From positions 112,964,001-113,028,000 of the forward strand of contig OX597820.1 of assembly GCA_951406725.2 (NCBI GenBank): DNA of 64,000 nucleotides, in the 5' to 3' direction. The position numbers were made by a program, and so were the translations under genes. Below the pieces are notes generated by a model. The model worked only from the letters and a program-made list of their open reading frames with translations. It did no database searches and was not told the DNA's origin. Below are positions 26,489-39,118 of the stretch, one piece after another (within the stretch, counting starts at the first letter, position 1; each line of letters opens with the position of its first letter). Source of the stretch: Octopus vulgaris (taxonomy: Eukaryota).

Positions 26489-27035
26489 TTGGCTGTGTGG
26501 GAAGAAGTTTGCTTCCCAGCAACATATTTCTGGGTTCAGTCCCACAGCGTGGAACCTTGGGCAAGTGTCTTCTACTACAGCTTCGGGCTGACCAAAGCCT
26601 TGTGAATGGATTTGGTAGGCAGAAACTGAAAGAAGTCCGTCGTGTATGTATGTATGTATGTATGTATGTATGTATGTATGTATGCATGTATGCATGTATG
26701 TATGTATGTATGTATGTATGTATGTATGCATGCATGTATGTACATATATGTGTGTGTATGTATGTATGCATGTATGTATATATATGTGTGTGTGTATGTA
26801 TGTATGTACGTATGAATGTGTGTGTGCCTTTTTGTGTCAGTGTTTGTCCCTCCCCCATCGCTTGACAACCGATGGTGATGTGTTTACGTCCCCGTAACTT
26901 ACCGGTTCGGCACAGAAACCGATAGAATAAGTATTAGGCTAACAAAGAATAACTTCTGGGGTAGATTTCTTCGACTAAAACCCTTTAAGGCGGTGCTCCA
27001 GTATAGTCGCAGTCAAATGAGTAAAACAAGTAAAG
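26489..27035 (+). mobile_element. SINE family A, near full length
   Basis: Homologous to 36355-36765, with an expanded internal (TATG)n. Confidence 0.85.
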
Positions 27036-27142
27036 ATGTGTGTGTGTGTGCGCGCGCGCGCGTGTGTGTGTAAATAAAGGGAGAAAAGAGTCTGCTTCAA
27101 TGAATCCCTAAACACATATAAATCCTTCAAGGGTCTACTTTT

Positions 27143-27236
27143 TTCCCTCTGAAGATATTATGCTCGGGTCATATAAATATAAATTTAATATTTATTTAAT
27201 ATTTACTGTGTATTAATTGAAACAGCTGTAAGGGAA
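27143..27236 (+). ncRNA. Type I hammerhead ribozyme with long AU-rich helix II region
   Basis: TTCCCT-CTGAAGA-[63 nt]-GAAAC-AGCT-GTA-AGGGAA. Perfect 6-bp stem I and palindromic loop 3. Helix II pairing is weak. Confidence 0.7.
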
Positions 27237-27440
27237 GCTGATTAATTTGCTGTTAATAATAAACAATTATTCACTTCCTAATCTCCGTTTTCCGTTTTCT
27301 TTTATATGAATATGAACGATATGATTTTATATCAACACCTATTATTTTAAGGAAATTAATTTCCAAAAATTACTAGGTATTGAACCAGTATTTCCTTGGA
27401 TGAAACAATCCCTTCGTGAGATTAACACAACCTGAAATTG

Positions 27441-27480
<40 letters not shown>

Positions 27481-27501
27481 TATATATATATATATATATA
27501 T

Positions 27502-27571
<70 letters not shown>

Positions 27572-27650
27572 TATACATATATATATAATAAATAATAATA
27601 ATAAATAATAGAATAAACCTTTACATAAATAAATAACGTGAAATACACGG

Positions 27651-27681
<31 letters not shown>

Positions 27682-28312
27682 ATAAATGTTTTATACATAA
27701 AGAACGTGAAATACAGGAAGGGACAAACACAGACAAATCATTCGACACAGACAAATCATTCGAAGCCTTCAATCTTCAGTCAGACACCGAATCATCATAG
27801 CAAATTTCGGCTGTTCAATTCTGATATTTGCTCCAACTCGGCCAGCCCCAAGAAAAAAAACTAAGCTGTAAGCATTAGATTTCTTGGTAGAAGACAGGAA
27901 TGTGAACGCACGAGACGGATGTAAATACGAGAGACGAAAACGAAATTGAAAACGGTAACGGTTAAACAAAATATAATATAACGGTGGTTGTCATACGACT
28001 TTAGACCAAATGAGACAAAAACAACAAACATAGCAGCAGGCAGTGAGCAGAAACTCACTACGAGGAGCAGAAGACAGGTGAAATCTGTGTGTGTTTGTTT
28101 CCACACCACCTGACAGCGGGTGTTGGTATGTTTACGTCCGCATAACTTAGTGATTCAACAAAAGAAAGCGATAAAATAAGTACCAGGCTTTAAAAAAAAT
28201 AAGTACTGTTGTCGATTCATTCGACAAAAATTCTTCAAGGTGTTGCCCCAGCATGGCCACCGTCTAAAGGCTGAAACAAGTGACAGATAGAAAAAGAAAA
28301 GATAGAAGTTAT

Positions 28313-28531
28313 CTATTTCTTTACTACCCACAAGGGGCTAAACAAGGACAGACAAACGGATTTAGTCGATTACATCGACCCCAGTACATAACTGGTACTT
28401 AATTTATCGACCCCGAAAGGATGAAAGGCAAAGTCGGCCTCGGCGGAATTTGAACTCGGAACGTAACGACAGACGAAATACGGCTACGAATTTCGCCCGG
28501 CGTGCTAACGTTTCTGCCAGCTCGCCGCCTT
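28313..28531 (-). mobile_element. SINE family B, well-preserved copy
   Basis: Close reverse-complement match to 46825-47058. Confidence 0.85.
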
Positions 28532-29059
28532 AAGTTATCGATTGCTTGATATATAGCTAAGCACACACAGTCATCACGCATGCGCACATGCATGCACACA
28601 CACGGATCACACACACATACACTCACACAGACTTACACACGCACATGTCATTAATAAAATTCAATATTGTATTGTCATATCAGCCACTTTACCAATGAAT
28701 TTCATACCAGGAATCGAGATGCTTCTGACGATTATCGGTGTTATCTCAGCTCCTGCTTTGAAGCAGATTGGCAAAGCAACTGATATGAGAATACAATATT
28801 GTATTTTATAAATATTAATATACTCCACTCTATTAACCGATATATGAACCCCTACACTTTCTGATTTATAGACAACTCGCTCTCTCTCTCTCTCTCACCC
28901 TCTCTCTGCAAACACACACATACACACATACACACACGCACACACACACACACACTCACACATAAATACACATACTCACACACAAATATGCATGCCATAA
29001 AACATATCAAGTATAATTTGTATACAAGTACATGTGTGTGTGTGTGTGTATGTGTGTGT

Positions 29060-29116
<57 letters not shown>

Positions 29117-29341
29117 CAGGGGTAGGCAGAAGGAGATATACAGTTGCTTAAAATGAGTGGAATGTTCTCTTCATTTCTCCATTTCTTTGTAAAACCTAAA
29201 CGATCATAAGTCGACTAAGGGATCTGAGGGAGATGTCTAGTTGATCGGAAGCCCACTTTTCTTTAATTTCTGCGGATTTTGAGTAAATGTTTGAGCCACT
29301 CATATTACGCAAATGTACACCTAATTTTGCCCACCCCTCTG
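29117..29341. mobile_element. Tc1/mariner-type MITE
   Basis: TA|CAGGGGTAGGCAGAA at the left and TTTTGCCCACCCCTCTG at the right form imperfect TIRs. Confidence 0.5.
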
Positions 29342-29366
29342 TGTGTGTATGTGTGTATGTGTAAAT

Positions 29367-29930
29367 TAATGTAAACAGCAGGTTGCAAAGTTTCACGAAA
29401 AAGGAGAATTATAATTGTCCCTAAATGTAACTAGGGTGTTAAAAACAAATACATTGCTAGAAATAAGAGCTAAAATGCCCTAAAGCTGTAGTTAAAGCAC
29501 ATCAAAAAAAAGTATATACACTAACAGGGACCATAATTGTTCGAAAAATACCGACCGAGAATTCTTAGACTGACGCGTCAGTTTCGGCAATTTCCATTGC
29601 CTTTTTGGTGAAACATTGCAACCTGCTGTTTACATTAGCGAACCGCTAAGTCATCCATTAATTTGGATGGCGAAAACATTTATATGCTAATAGAGAAATA
29701 GGTCCGGAAATAGCTGGACACTGAGCTGGCTTACCTGATGATGACAACGGAAAATGCCGAAACTAACGCGCCAGTCTAAGAATTCTGGGTCGGTATTTTC
29801 CAAAATTATGGTCCCTGTTAGTATATGTTTTCATTCATGTGCGTTAACTACAGCATTAGTGCGGTTTAGCTATTATTTCTAGCGATGTATTTGCTTTTTA
29901 ACACCCTAGTCATATTTAGTGACAATTATA

Positions 29931-29933
<3 letters not shown>
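29367..29933. mobile_element. Complex fold-back PLE pseudo-LTR structure
   Basis: Arms 29407-29601 and 29743-29933, plus a second inverted pair 29367-29404 / 29600-29637. Both long arms contain hammerhead sequence. Confidence 0.8.
29730..29780 (+). ncRNA. Type I hammerhead ribozyme motif
   Basis: CTTA(C)-CTGATGA-T-GACAAC(GGAA)AATGCC-GAAA-CTAAC(GC)GCCAG-TC-TAAG. The opposite arm (29554-29601, minus) preserves perfect helices GGCAAT/ATTGCC and CTGAC/GTCAG. Confidence 0.7.
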
Positions 29934-29978
<45 letters not shown>

Positions 29979-30147
29979 TGTGCAAGAGTAAGCGTGGCTG
30001 TGTTGTACGAAGTTTACTTCCCAGCCACAGGGTTTGGAGTTCAGTCTCAATGCATGCCCCTTGAGCGAGTGTCTTTTGCTATAGCCCCGAACTGACCAAA
30101 AGCATTGTGAGTGGGTTTGGTTGGTGGAATCTGAAAGAAGTCTGTCG

Positions 30148-30320
<173 letters not shown>

Positions 30321-30338
30321 TAAATATATATATGTAAA

Positions 30339-30606
30339 CTGTTGTGTCTGGGGAGAGTCATTCTCTTTTAGTGCCATATAATTTAACACACACACCGGTA
30401 AAATTTCCACTCATTTCCTTCTTTATTTTTCTAAAATTTTCGTTGCATCTTGTAAACTTTTATTAGTTGTTGACTCTCTGTTGAAAGGGTTGCAAGACGC
30501 AATGAAAATTTTAGAAAAATAAATAAGGAAATGAGTGGAAATTTTACTGGTGGGTGTGTTAAATTATGAGTCACTAAAAGAGAATGACTCTCCCCAGACA
30601 CAACAG
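30339..30606. repeat. Fold-back element (~118-bp arms) with decayed HHR-like centre
   Basis: Arms 30339-30456 and 30489-30606. The centre reads TCT-CTGTTGA-AAGG-GTTGC(AAGAC)GCAAT-GAAAATTTT-AGA. Flanked by microsatellites. Confidence 0.75.
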
Positions 30607-30661
30607 AATATGCATCAACACACGAACTCACATAAAGAATCTTGCAAACCAAATACAAACG

Positions 30662-30718
<57 letters not shown>

Positions 30719-30878
30719 GATAGTATGTTGTCAACTTAATGTGACAGCCCCATGAAAGGAAGAATGCTACTGCTATTTAGCCCTAGGAAACACCTCTTGC
30801 TGTTAGCCTTGACACATTTTCTATGTCCTTATGTTTTCAAAGGGGAGACAAGCACAACCACTCAGCAAAGCCAGCAAT

Positions 30879-30917
30879 CAGAGACTAGTTTCAAAGTCAT
30901 TGTTCATCATCAGTCTG
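30879..30917 (-). ncRNA. Minimal type I hammerhead ribozyme at a PLE 3' end
   Basis: Minus strand CAGA-CTGATGA-TGAACAATGACTTT-GAAA-CTAG-TC-TCTG: stem I caga/tctg, palindromic CTAG, GUC site. Helix II is weak. Confidence 0.65.
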
Positions 30918-30919
30918 GG

Positions 30920-32200
30920 GTGGCATGGCATGCTAGCTGTCGATGCCTATTCACCTTTGAAAACATATATGTTCTCAAGTGAATTTCGCCATTTTAAAAG
31001 CTGTGGACAAGAACGTTTGTTAGTTGCCTTTTGAACAGATGTTGAAAAGGAAGAACACGAAAAGAAAAGCACAAGGGAGATAACCAACGTTACAATAAAT
31101 TAATGTTAACCAGACGTAAACAAGATGTTAAATTTTATGCATGTCTGAAGGCGTATTTTTAAATTCCGCCAAGATGTATTTATTTTAATGTGGACATATA
31201 GAAAAAGATCGCATTCCAGGGCGGTACATACACCAGAATGTTACGTGCAGTGCTCAACAACTCTTGGCGATAACAACAGTTATATGGGAATGTACCAACT
31301 CTGGCATCAACTATCCAAGAGCAGAGATTGGGGTTTAATGGCCACTGCTGGAGAAGTAAAGAACTTGTGAGTAATGTGTCGTTGTGGATACATATCATGG
31401 TACCACAGCGGCTGGAAGACCACGGGAGTCGAATATACAACAGCTTGCAGAAGATGTTGGTTACCAAGTTGAAGAACTAAAAACACTAATGGAAGATCGG
31501 GAGGGATAGAGAGAAGTAATCAGGCTGGCCCAGGTAATCAGCCTGACTGGATGATGATGAAGAGAACATACTGAGAACATGTTTTGGACCTGTTAATACA
31601 GGGTTTGGCTTTGAGAGAATTTTCCCTTGGATGTCGAAATTGGTCACTTCGTCTTTAAGGTTCCAGACTAAAACCGAAAGGATTATTAAATGTCTCTTAT
31701 CATAGTACCCAAAATTCGAAAGATGGTTGTTATATCTGGACTTAAATTTTCCTTCCACGGCTCCGATATAACGCTTGATTCTTGTACAACCATTGCCATA
31801 GTTTGCTGAAACCTGTATTTCATAAAACAACGAACGATATATCAATGTTACTCTGGAGGACACTGAGATTTCTCTTTACATATACAGCCACAGCATGCTT
31901 GAGTCATCTGTTGCTTATCGCTCTGTGACTTAACATTCGGGGAACAAGAAAAAGTAAGTTTAAAGATTTTATTGTATCGATGGGTCCTAGAGAAAGTGGA
32001 TATCTAAGTGCAAGAATCTTCCACCTACATTTGTTCTAAAATTAAGAGAAAAAGAGTGGGACGAACCATAAAACCTCCCGCGACCTATTCTTACGACTTG
32101 ATGGTAGAGGAGGTGGAGGTTGTACAAGATTTCATCAGTGAAGCCGCTATCCTGTAGACTTTTATTATAATAAGGACCAGCCTTTTCGAATATTTCTTTA
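30920..32200 (-). mobile_element. PLE 3' fragment (GIY-YIG), interrupted by an RTE
   Basis: Fragments RSREVLWF..., RYIGAVEGKFKSRYNNHLSNF...LSVLVWNLKD and, after the insertion, NKRSCP. Confidence 0.75.
31190..31560 (+). mobile_element. RTE-type LINE 3' fragment
   Basis: Fragments YTRMLRAVLN, YGNVP, GHCWRSKELVS and QQLAEDVG..., ending in a (GAT)n tail. Homologous to 48184-48700. Confidence 0.75.
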
Positions 32201-32228
32201 GAAGAAGAATGGCTTGTGTGTGTGTATG

Positions 32229-32266
<38 letters not shown>

Positions 32267-32280
32267 TGTGTGTGTGTGTT

Positions 32281-32319
<39 letters not shown>

Positions 32320-32544
32320 TCAAATTGAATATTAAAATTTGAACATTAACAATCGAACATTGAAAATAATAACAACAAAACAAGGGGGCGTACACATGGA
32401 AAGTATTAGTTTCACACCCGGAAAAGGTGGAAAGAAGAGAAGGTTCCATGTTTCGAACGTAGCTCTTTGTCAGAAAGGAAAACGGAAAAGTCCAGAGAAG
32501 GAAAAATTTCACGAACAGCACGTATGCTAGACCTGACAGATTCA

Positions 32545-33375
32545 GTCGAATCTCCCTAAAATTACAACCTACTGTTTTATGTATGCATGCATTTTGACCC
32601 TAGTCGAACACTACTACATTGTGGATGGTCCTGTATGAAATAGCAGCTAAATATCCCTAAAATCAGTCTAAATGAAAAACATTTATAAAAGCTTAGTGTA
32701 CGCTTCTGCTGACAGAAATTGTCACCAAATTTCCCTCAAGTTACATCATACTTATATATGTACACATACAATATGAAGTAATATAGGCTGAAATGTACAT
32801 GCAAGCTACAGTTGCTAAAAACAACAGTCAAACCCTGTCCTGCAGTCTGATCGAACACAACACAAACGCGCAGACATCTATTCTGAATGAAGCCTTTTTA
32901 CAGGCACTATATAAATAATTAATCTATGTATAATTCGACTGCTATTTCTAGCTTATATATATGTGTGCGTGTATGCATGTCAATGTGTGTTTTACTGAAT
33001 CTATTTCATGCATATATTTCATTACGGCAATTAAATATCAATTAAGGTTTTATTAAAACTAACATTTATATTTATGGTGTACGCCAAATCTTCCTCAAAG
33101 TACCGCCTACTGTTGTATATGTTGGCAATAACGGAACATTTCTACATGCACCTGTTAGGAGTAACAGGTAAAACTCCCTCAGACCATTCCCTACAAAAAG
33201 AAACAACAGTTAATTCATGATGTCTAAAAGGGATGCTAGAAGTGGCAGAAACAGCAGCCAAATATCCACTAAATTACACCATGGCGTCTTGTGTCAGTAA
33301 GTAAATATTTATGCATGTACCAATGCAGGGAAACTTGTACATTGTAGTATAGCTGTGAAAAATAGCAGCCAGGAC
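32545..33375 (+). repeat. Decayed array of a ~30-bp motif (GAAATAGCAGCCAAATCTCCCTCAAATTAC-like)
   Basis: Copies near 32549, 32637, 32714, 32815, 33084, 33157, 33247 and 33357. A paralogous block lies at 35670-36030. Confidence 0.6.
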
Positions 33376-33829
33376 CTTACCCGGATTTGTAATTCGGACT
33401 GAATGTTCTGGATACTTGGATTTAGCCTTTGTGTGTTGGCGGATGCGCTAAGTACTATTTAGATTTTGTTTGTATAATATATTCATACGCAAATATCTTG
33501 TTTGTGCATATGTATTCTCTCTCTTTTCATCTGTCCCTTTCTCCTGTCTTTTGTTCTCACGTGACCGCTAGCCACTGCTGAGCGCTCTTTTCGTTCCAGC
33601 AGTCACCGAAGCAACACGTATTTGTTCGTCTCCCTGCGGCCATTAGGCACAACTTCATAAGCCAGCCCTAAACTCAACTCGTCCTGTCGAAAGACCCTTG
33701 TCCTACGTCCTGGTTTTGTTTTGTTTTTTATTTTTACCGTTATTGTTTTTACGTTTTTGTATTCTTATTGGTGTCACGTATTCTGTATTTTTGTTCGTGT
33801 ACTTCGTTCGTTTTCCGTCCTCGTGTTGT

Positions 33830-33990
33830 ATACATTCGAAGCTTTCTTCCAGGGGATCTAATGCGCTTGGCTTAGATTTCCCTTGGCGGGCTGCCCAAAT
33901 CGGAGCAATCTCAAGATTAATCAGCCGAAATTGCTAAGATGATCTGGTTCTTGACTGATGACTGAGGGCTTCGAATGTCCCGTCCTGTGG
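33830..33990 (+). repeat. Dispersed repeat
   Basis: Diverged reverse-complement homologue at ~27750-27910. Confidence 0.6.
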
Positions 33991-34048
33991 TTCTTGTGTC
34001 GTCTCTGTGGTGTTTCATGTTCTTGTCCATGTCTGTAATTATTTTTAC

Positions 34049-34100
<52 letters not shown>

Positions 34101-34377
34101 CAAGTGTGAACTTTTATACTTGGTACCTTGCTTCATGAATTTTGTTACATTGTTTAGTGTTACCGTTAAAATAACACTACTGTTAGTCTCGTTTAAAATG
34201 GTAATATAGTACGTTAGGATGCACTTACTGATCGATAAGAAGCATGACAATCCAAAGTAATGTGATATACTGCTCAATGCTGTTCTTCATGGTTTTTGCA
34301 CATGTGATTAATATGTACGATTTGCATGTGTGTGTATATGTATGTATATTTGTATATTTTATATGTATATATGTGTT

Positions 34378-34413
<36 letters not shown>

Positions 34414-34535
34414 TATTTTGAGTATCTGTTTTACCATTTATCTTCTTATTCTTATAGGATAGTATGGGAAGCATGTCTTTTTTTATATATCAATATTATT
34501 ATTATTATATTATTATAACTTTATAATTATGTATA

Positions 34536-34667
34536 TCCTCTGACGAGGCCTTTGGTTATTTAAACAGACAAATGTAATCTTTAATGCCTAAGACTCTACT
34601 ACAATGGCATATATGAGCAATTTAAGGTGGATTGTCTCTTGACCATAGGCTGAAACAGCTGTAAGGA
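34536..34667 (+). ncRNA. Type I hammerhead ribozyme with ~105-nt helix II domain
   Basis: TCCT-CTGACGA-GGCCT.TGGTT...GACCA.AGGCT-GAAAC-AGCT-GTA-AGGA. All core nucleotides are intact and the helix II base has 10 bp. Confidence 0.8.
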
Positions 34668-35327
34668 GAAGTTTATTTGCATTATTTTATTTTATTATTA
34701 ATTTGCATATTGATGTATATTGTTTTGTTCGATTTTCATGTTCCTATTTGTATAATTAATAAATAATATGAAATTGTAATATCCGTAAGTTGATGATCGA
34801 AATGAATTTGTTCCTCCATCTTCTTATTTGTGTTATTTCTTGTCCTGTTTTTCATTTGTTTCTCTCGTCGTTTGCATATTGAACTCATTTGTTTTCGTAT
34901 TTCATGTTGTTTACTGTTGGTGACGTCCTGTACACATATATGCATGCGTATATATGTAAATATATATGTGTGTATGTATGTGTGTTTGTGTGTGTATGTA
35001 TATATATATATGCATATATAGATATATTATTTATACATATACATATATATATGTAGGGGGGATGTCTTTGTGTCCCTCCAATGCTTGACAATTGGTGTGG
35101 GTGTAGTTACGTCTCCGTGACGTAGCGGTTCGGCAAAAGGAACGGATACAATAAATACCAGGCTTAAAAGAAAAAGAAAAACGAAAAAAAATTACTTGGG
35201 ACGATTCATTCGACTAAAATTCGAGCGATCTCACAGCATGTCCTCACTTGAACGAATGACACAAATAAAAGTACATACATACATGTGTGTGTGTGTGTGC
35301 GTGTGTATGTGCGTGTGCGCGTGAGAG

Positions 35328-35369
<42 letters not shown>

Positions 35370-36182
35370 TGTGTGTGTGTGTGTGTAACATACATTCTTC
35401 TTATCATTTGGATAATTTACCCTTTGCCAAACCCACACTACGGTGTGATCGTCGTGAAACGGATATTCTATACCTGAGGAATTCTGGCTTTGGCCTGGAA
35501 CCCGACAGCGTTGATAGCCCAATATTTGAGTTGACTGCTTCTCTGAAAATACCCCATCTTTACACCCTACCAGGACCTTATATATATACATAGTCTTTAT
35601 CTTATTTATACTTGTTTCAGTCGTTAGAGTGGGGGCAGTGCCGGAGCACTTCGTTCAAGAGTTTGATAGGTGTAATTTAACTGTTATTTCTAGCGTATGC
35701 TATATATGCCTTTCTGTCCTTCATTCAGACATGTATTCCATTAAAATGATTAAATGCCAGTGAAAGTATTATTAAAACAAACATTTAAATTTTTAATGTA
35801 TGAACTCTTAATATATGCAAGAGCTGAGAGTAATAGTAGCCACATCTCCCTCAAATTACACTAGGCTTTTTTATGTATGTATGTACATATCGATGTAAAA
35901 GCCAATGTAGAGTGACATGTACGGGGTAACTACAGTTACTAGAAATATCAACCAAATCTTGTCCTTGTCCCCACAAAATACAACACAGACACACAGGCGT
36001 ACATTTCGAATGCAGTCTTTTTACAGGAACATCTCAGAATATCATAACCGGGAACAGTATTAGGGGTTTCTGGTAATCTTTGAGTATGCGCTATCGGAAG
36101 TCTGTAATAAATATATATTTATAAAGATAATGTCAAAGATATATATATATATATGCACACATACATACATATAAATATACAA

Positions 36183-36246
<64 letters not shown>

Positions 36247-36354
36247 GTACACCTCTATATGTGTGTGTCTTTGTGTTTGTGCTTGTACACCAGTATGGTG
36301 TTGTTTAATTGCTAAAACTCATAGAAGATAAAAGGTAAAATATATATATATATA

Positions 36355-36765
36355 GGTGCAGGAGTGGCTGTGTGGTAAGTAGCTTGCTTACTAACTACAT
36401 GGTTCCGGGTTCAGTCCCACTGCGTGGCACCTTGGGCAAATGTCTTCTACTATAGCCTCGGGCCGACCAAAGCCTTCTGAGTGGATTTGGTAGACGGAAA
36501 CTGAAAGAAGCCCGTCGTATATATGTATATATATATGTGTGTGTGTGTGTGTGTTTGTGTGTCTGTGTTTGTCCCCCTAGCATTGCTTGACAGCCGATGC
36601 TGGTGTGTTTATGTCCCCGTCACTTAGCGGTTCGGCAAAAGAGACCGATTGAATAAGTACTGGGCTTACAAAGAATAAGTCCCGGGGTCGAGTTGCTCGA
36701 CTAAAGGCGGTGCTCCAGCATGGCCGCAGTCAAATGACTGAAATAAGTAAAAGAGTAAAAGAAAA
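36355..36765 (+). mobile_element. SINE family A, full-length young copy
   Basis: Complete head, body and (GTAAAAGA) tail, inserted in (TA)n. Confidence 0.9.
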
Positions 36766-36964
36766 AGACAGTAAAGAGTATATATATATATATATATCCT
36801 GTGAGGAATCGATGCTAGATGGGTCGAAACAATTGATTAATAAAAATTCTCGTACCTTCCACCTTCCGTTTCTCCTTAACCAAATACACACATATATATA
36901 TACTCATACACGCACACATGTAGATGCACACACACACAAACACATATATATATACATATATATA

Positions 36965-37012
<48 letters not shown>

Positions 37013-37028
37013 CATATATATTTGCGTG

Positions 37029-37072
<44 letters not shown>

Positions 37073-37084
37073 TATTTGTATGCT

Positions 37085-37138
<54 letters not shown>

Positions 37139-37282
37139 AAGTTTTTTTTAAATACGGCAACGGGAAACTCAGAGTAACAGGTTTTGTTGAATTTTCTGCT
37201 GCTTTAAATAAAGCATATTACTCTACCACTGGTATTTGAGTACTCTTTTTTCCACCTTGTTTCACATTTATGTTTACTCCGG

Positions 37283-37324
<42 letters not shown>

Positions 37325-37639
37325 TGTATTATATGCATGTATGTATGTACGTACGTATGTATGTACGTATGTATGTCTGTATGCATGTATAGCAGCTAAA
37401 TTATGGCACGCATGACATCATCGCGAGGTAAGCCAACCAACGCTAATGGGTGAACGAAGCCAATTACGGGCGTTGGATAAATAGGAAATATTGTTTGACG
37501 ATGTTCTGTTATTTAAGTGGAATTCACAGTTGTTTATTTCTTTCAGGCGCTGAAGGCAGAGGGTCATTGACATTTCAAACCAACATTTCATTCTTCTTTG
37601 GTCGGAGGAAGCTATACGTATGCATATATAGTTATACAT

Positions 37640-37805
37640 ACGTTCTGAGTTCAAATTCCGCCGAGGTCGACTTTGCCTTTCATCCTTTCGGGGTCGATAA
37701 ATTAAGTACCAGTTACGCACTGGGGTCGATGTAATCGACTTAATCCATTTGTGTGTCCTTGTTTGTCCTCTCTGTGTTTAGCCCCTTGTGGGTAGTAAAG
37801 AAATA
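37640..37805 (+). mobile_element. SINE family B, 5'-truncated
   Basis: Near identical to 46893-47057. Confidence 0.85.
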
Positions 37806-37985
37806 TATATATTGTTATATTTATACTCATACATGCATACACACGCACACACACGCGAGCGCACTGATATATTGGGTTCAGTCCTACTGCTTGGCGGCAT
37901 CTTGGGTGTTTTCCACGATGTCTCCAGTCCAACCAAATCTTTGTTTGTGGATTTGGCAGGTGCAAACAGAAAGAGGTTCATTGAG

Positions 37986-38035
<50 letters not shown>

Positions 38036-38736
38036 TGATTGTGAGCGTGTGTATGTTTGCTTCTCCTTGTGTGTTGCCTGTTCGCCTAGGTTCTTACCTC
38101 TGTACGGATAAGATTGTAAGGCGTGATTTAAGGGAACATTTTTAAGTAACCATGCAATTACAGTAGGGAACAAACATGTTGGTCATTCACAAACACACAA
38201 ACCTATTGACTTCTCTCAATCCTTTATTATTTGGTGTCAAAATTTTCATCGCACTATCTGGATCTGGATCTGGTCACTGGTTGGATTTCAAGGCAATTGG
38301 TATGTGATGAGGCTATTGACCAGTATATATATATATGTTTAAGGGTTTTGGATAAAACTGGCGACGACGAGGGTTCCAGTTGATCCGATCAACGGAACAG
38401 CCTGCTCGTGAAACTAACGTGCAAGTGGCTGAGCAATCCACGGATACCCTTACCCTTAACGTAGTTCTCAGGGAGATTCAGCGGGATACACAATTCAACA
38501 AGGCTGGCCCTTTCAAATACAAGTACAACTCATTTTTACCAGCTGACTGAACTAGAGAAATGTGAAACAAAGTTTCTTGCTGAAGAACACAACGCGTCGT
38601 CGGGAATCGAACTGACGAACTTACGATGGTGAGTCGATTATCCTAACCAATGAGCCATGCGCCTTCATTCAGGGTTTTAAATATAATTTTCCCCTGATCT
38701 ATTAGTCAGTCAGTCTGGATGTTATCACCTGATGCT

Positions 38737-39118
38737 GTTGCTGTTGCTGTTGAGTGAAGCAGTCTTCGTCCCAGAGCTCGCAAGATGGGAGAAGTCCGAA
38801 ACGTGGTCCTTTGCTATTCGTAAGACACGCAGAAGAGAAAGCAGGTCAACCCCCGACACCGAGAGCATCGACGGATGGATGAATGCGCATCCAGGCTCAG
38901 CGGTTGCGTAGGAGGTCGGGGACAAGAACTAGGAAGAAAGAGTGAGAGAAAGTTGTAGTGAAAGAGTACAACAGGGGTCGCTACCACCCCCTGCCGGAGC
39001 CTTGTGGAGCTTTAGGTGTTTTCACTCAATAAACACACACAACGCCCGGTCTGGGAATCAAAACCGCGATCCTCCGACCGCGAGTCCGCTGCCCTAACCA
39101 CTGGGCCATTGCGCCTCC
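38737..39118 (-). mobile_element. tRNA-derived SINE family D (tail variant 2), full length
   Basis: A and B boxes as in 13286-13551. 13-bp TSD ATCACCTGATGCT at 38724-38736 and 39119-39131. (CAACAG)n tail. Partial copies at 47483-47724 and 51941-52106. Confidence 0.9.

Noticed and set aside
32545-33375. CRISPR-like repeat-spacer appearance
   Set aside because: Eukaryotic context, highly degenerate repeats, irregular spacing and no cas genes.
39040-39118. tRNA genes (here and at other SINE heads)
   Set aside because: A and B boxes are present, but the sequence continues into SINE bodies with TSDs and has no complete cloverleaf.
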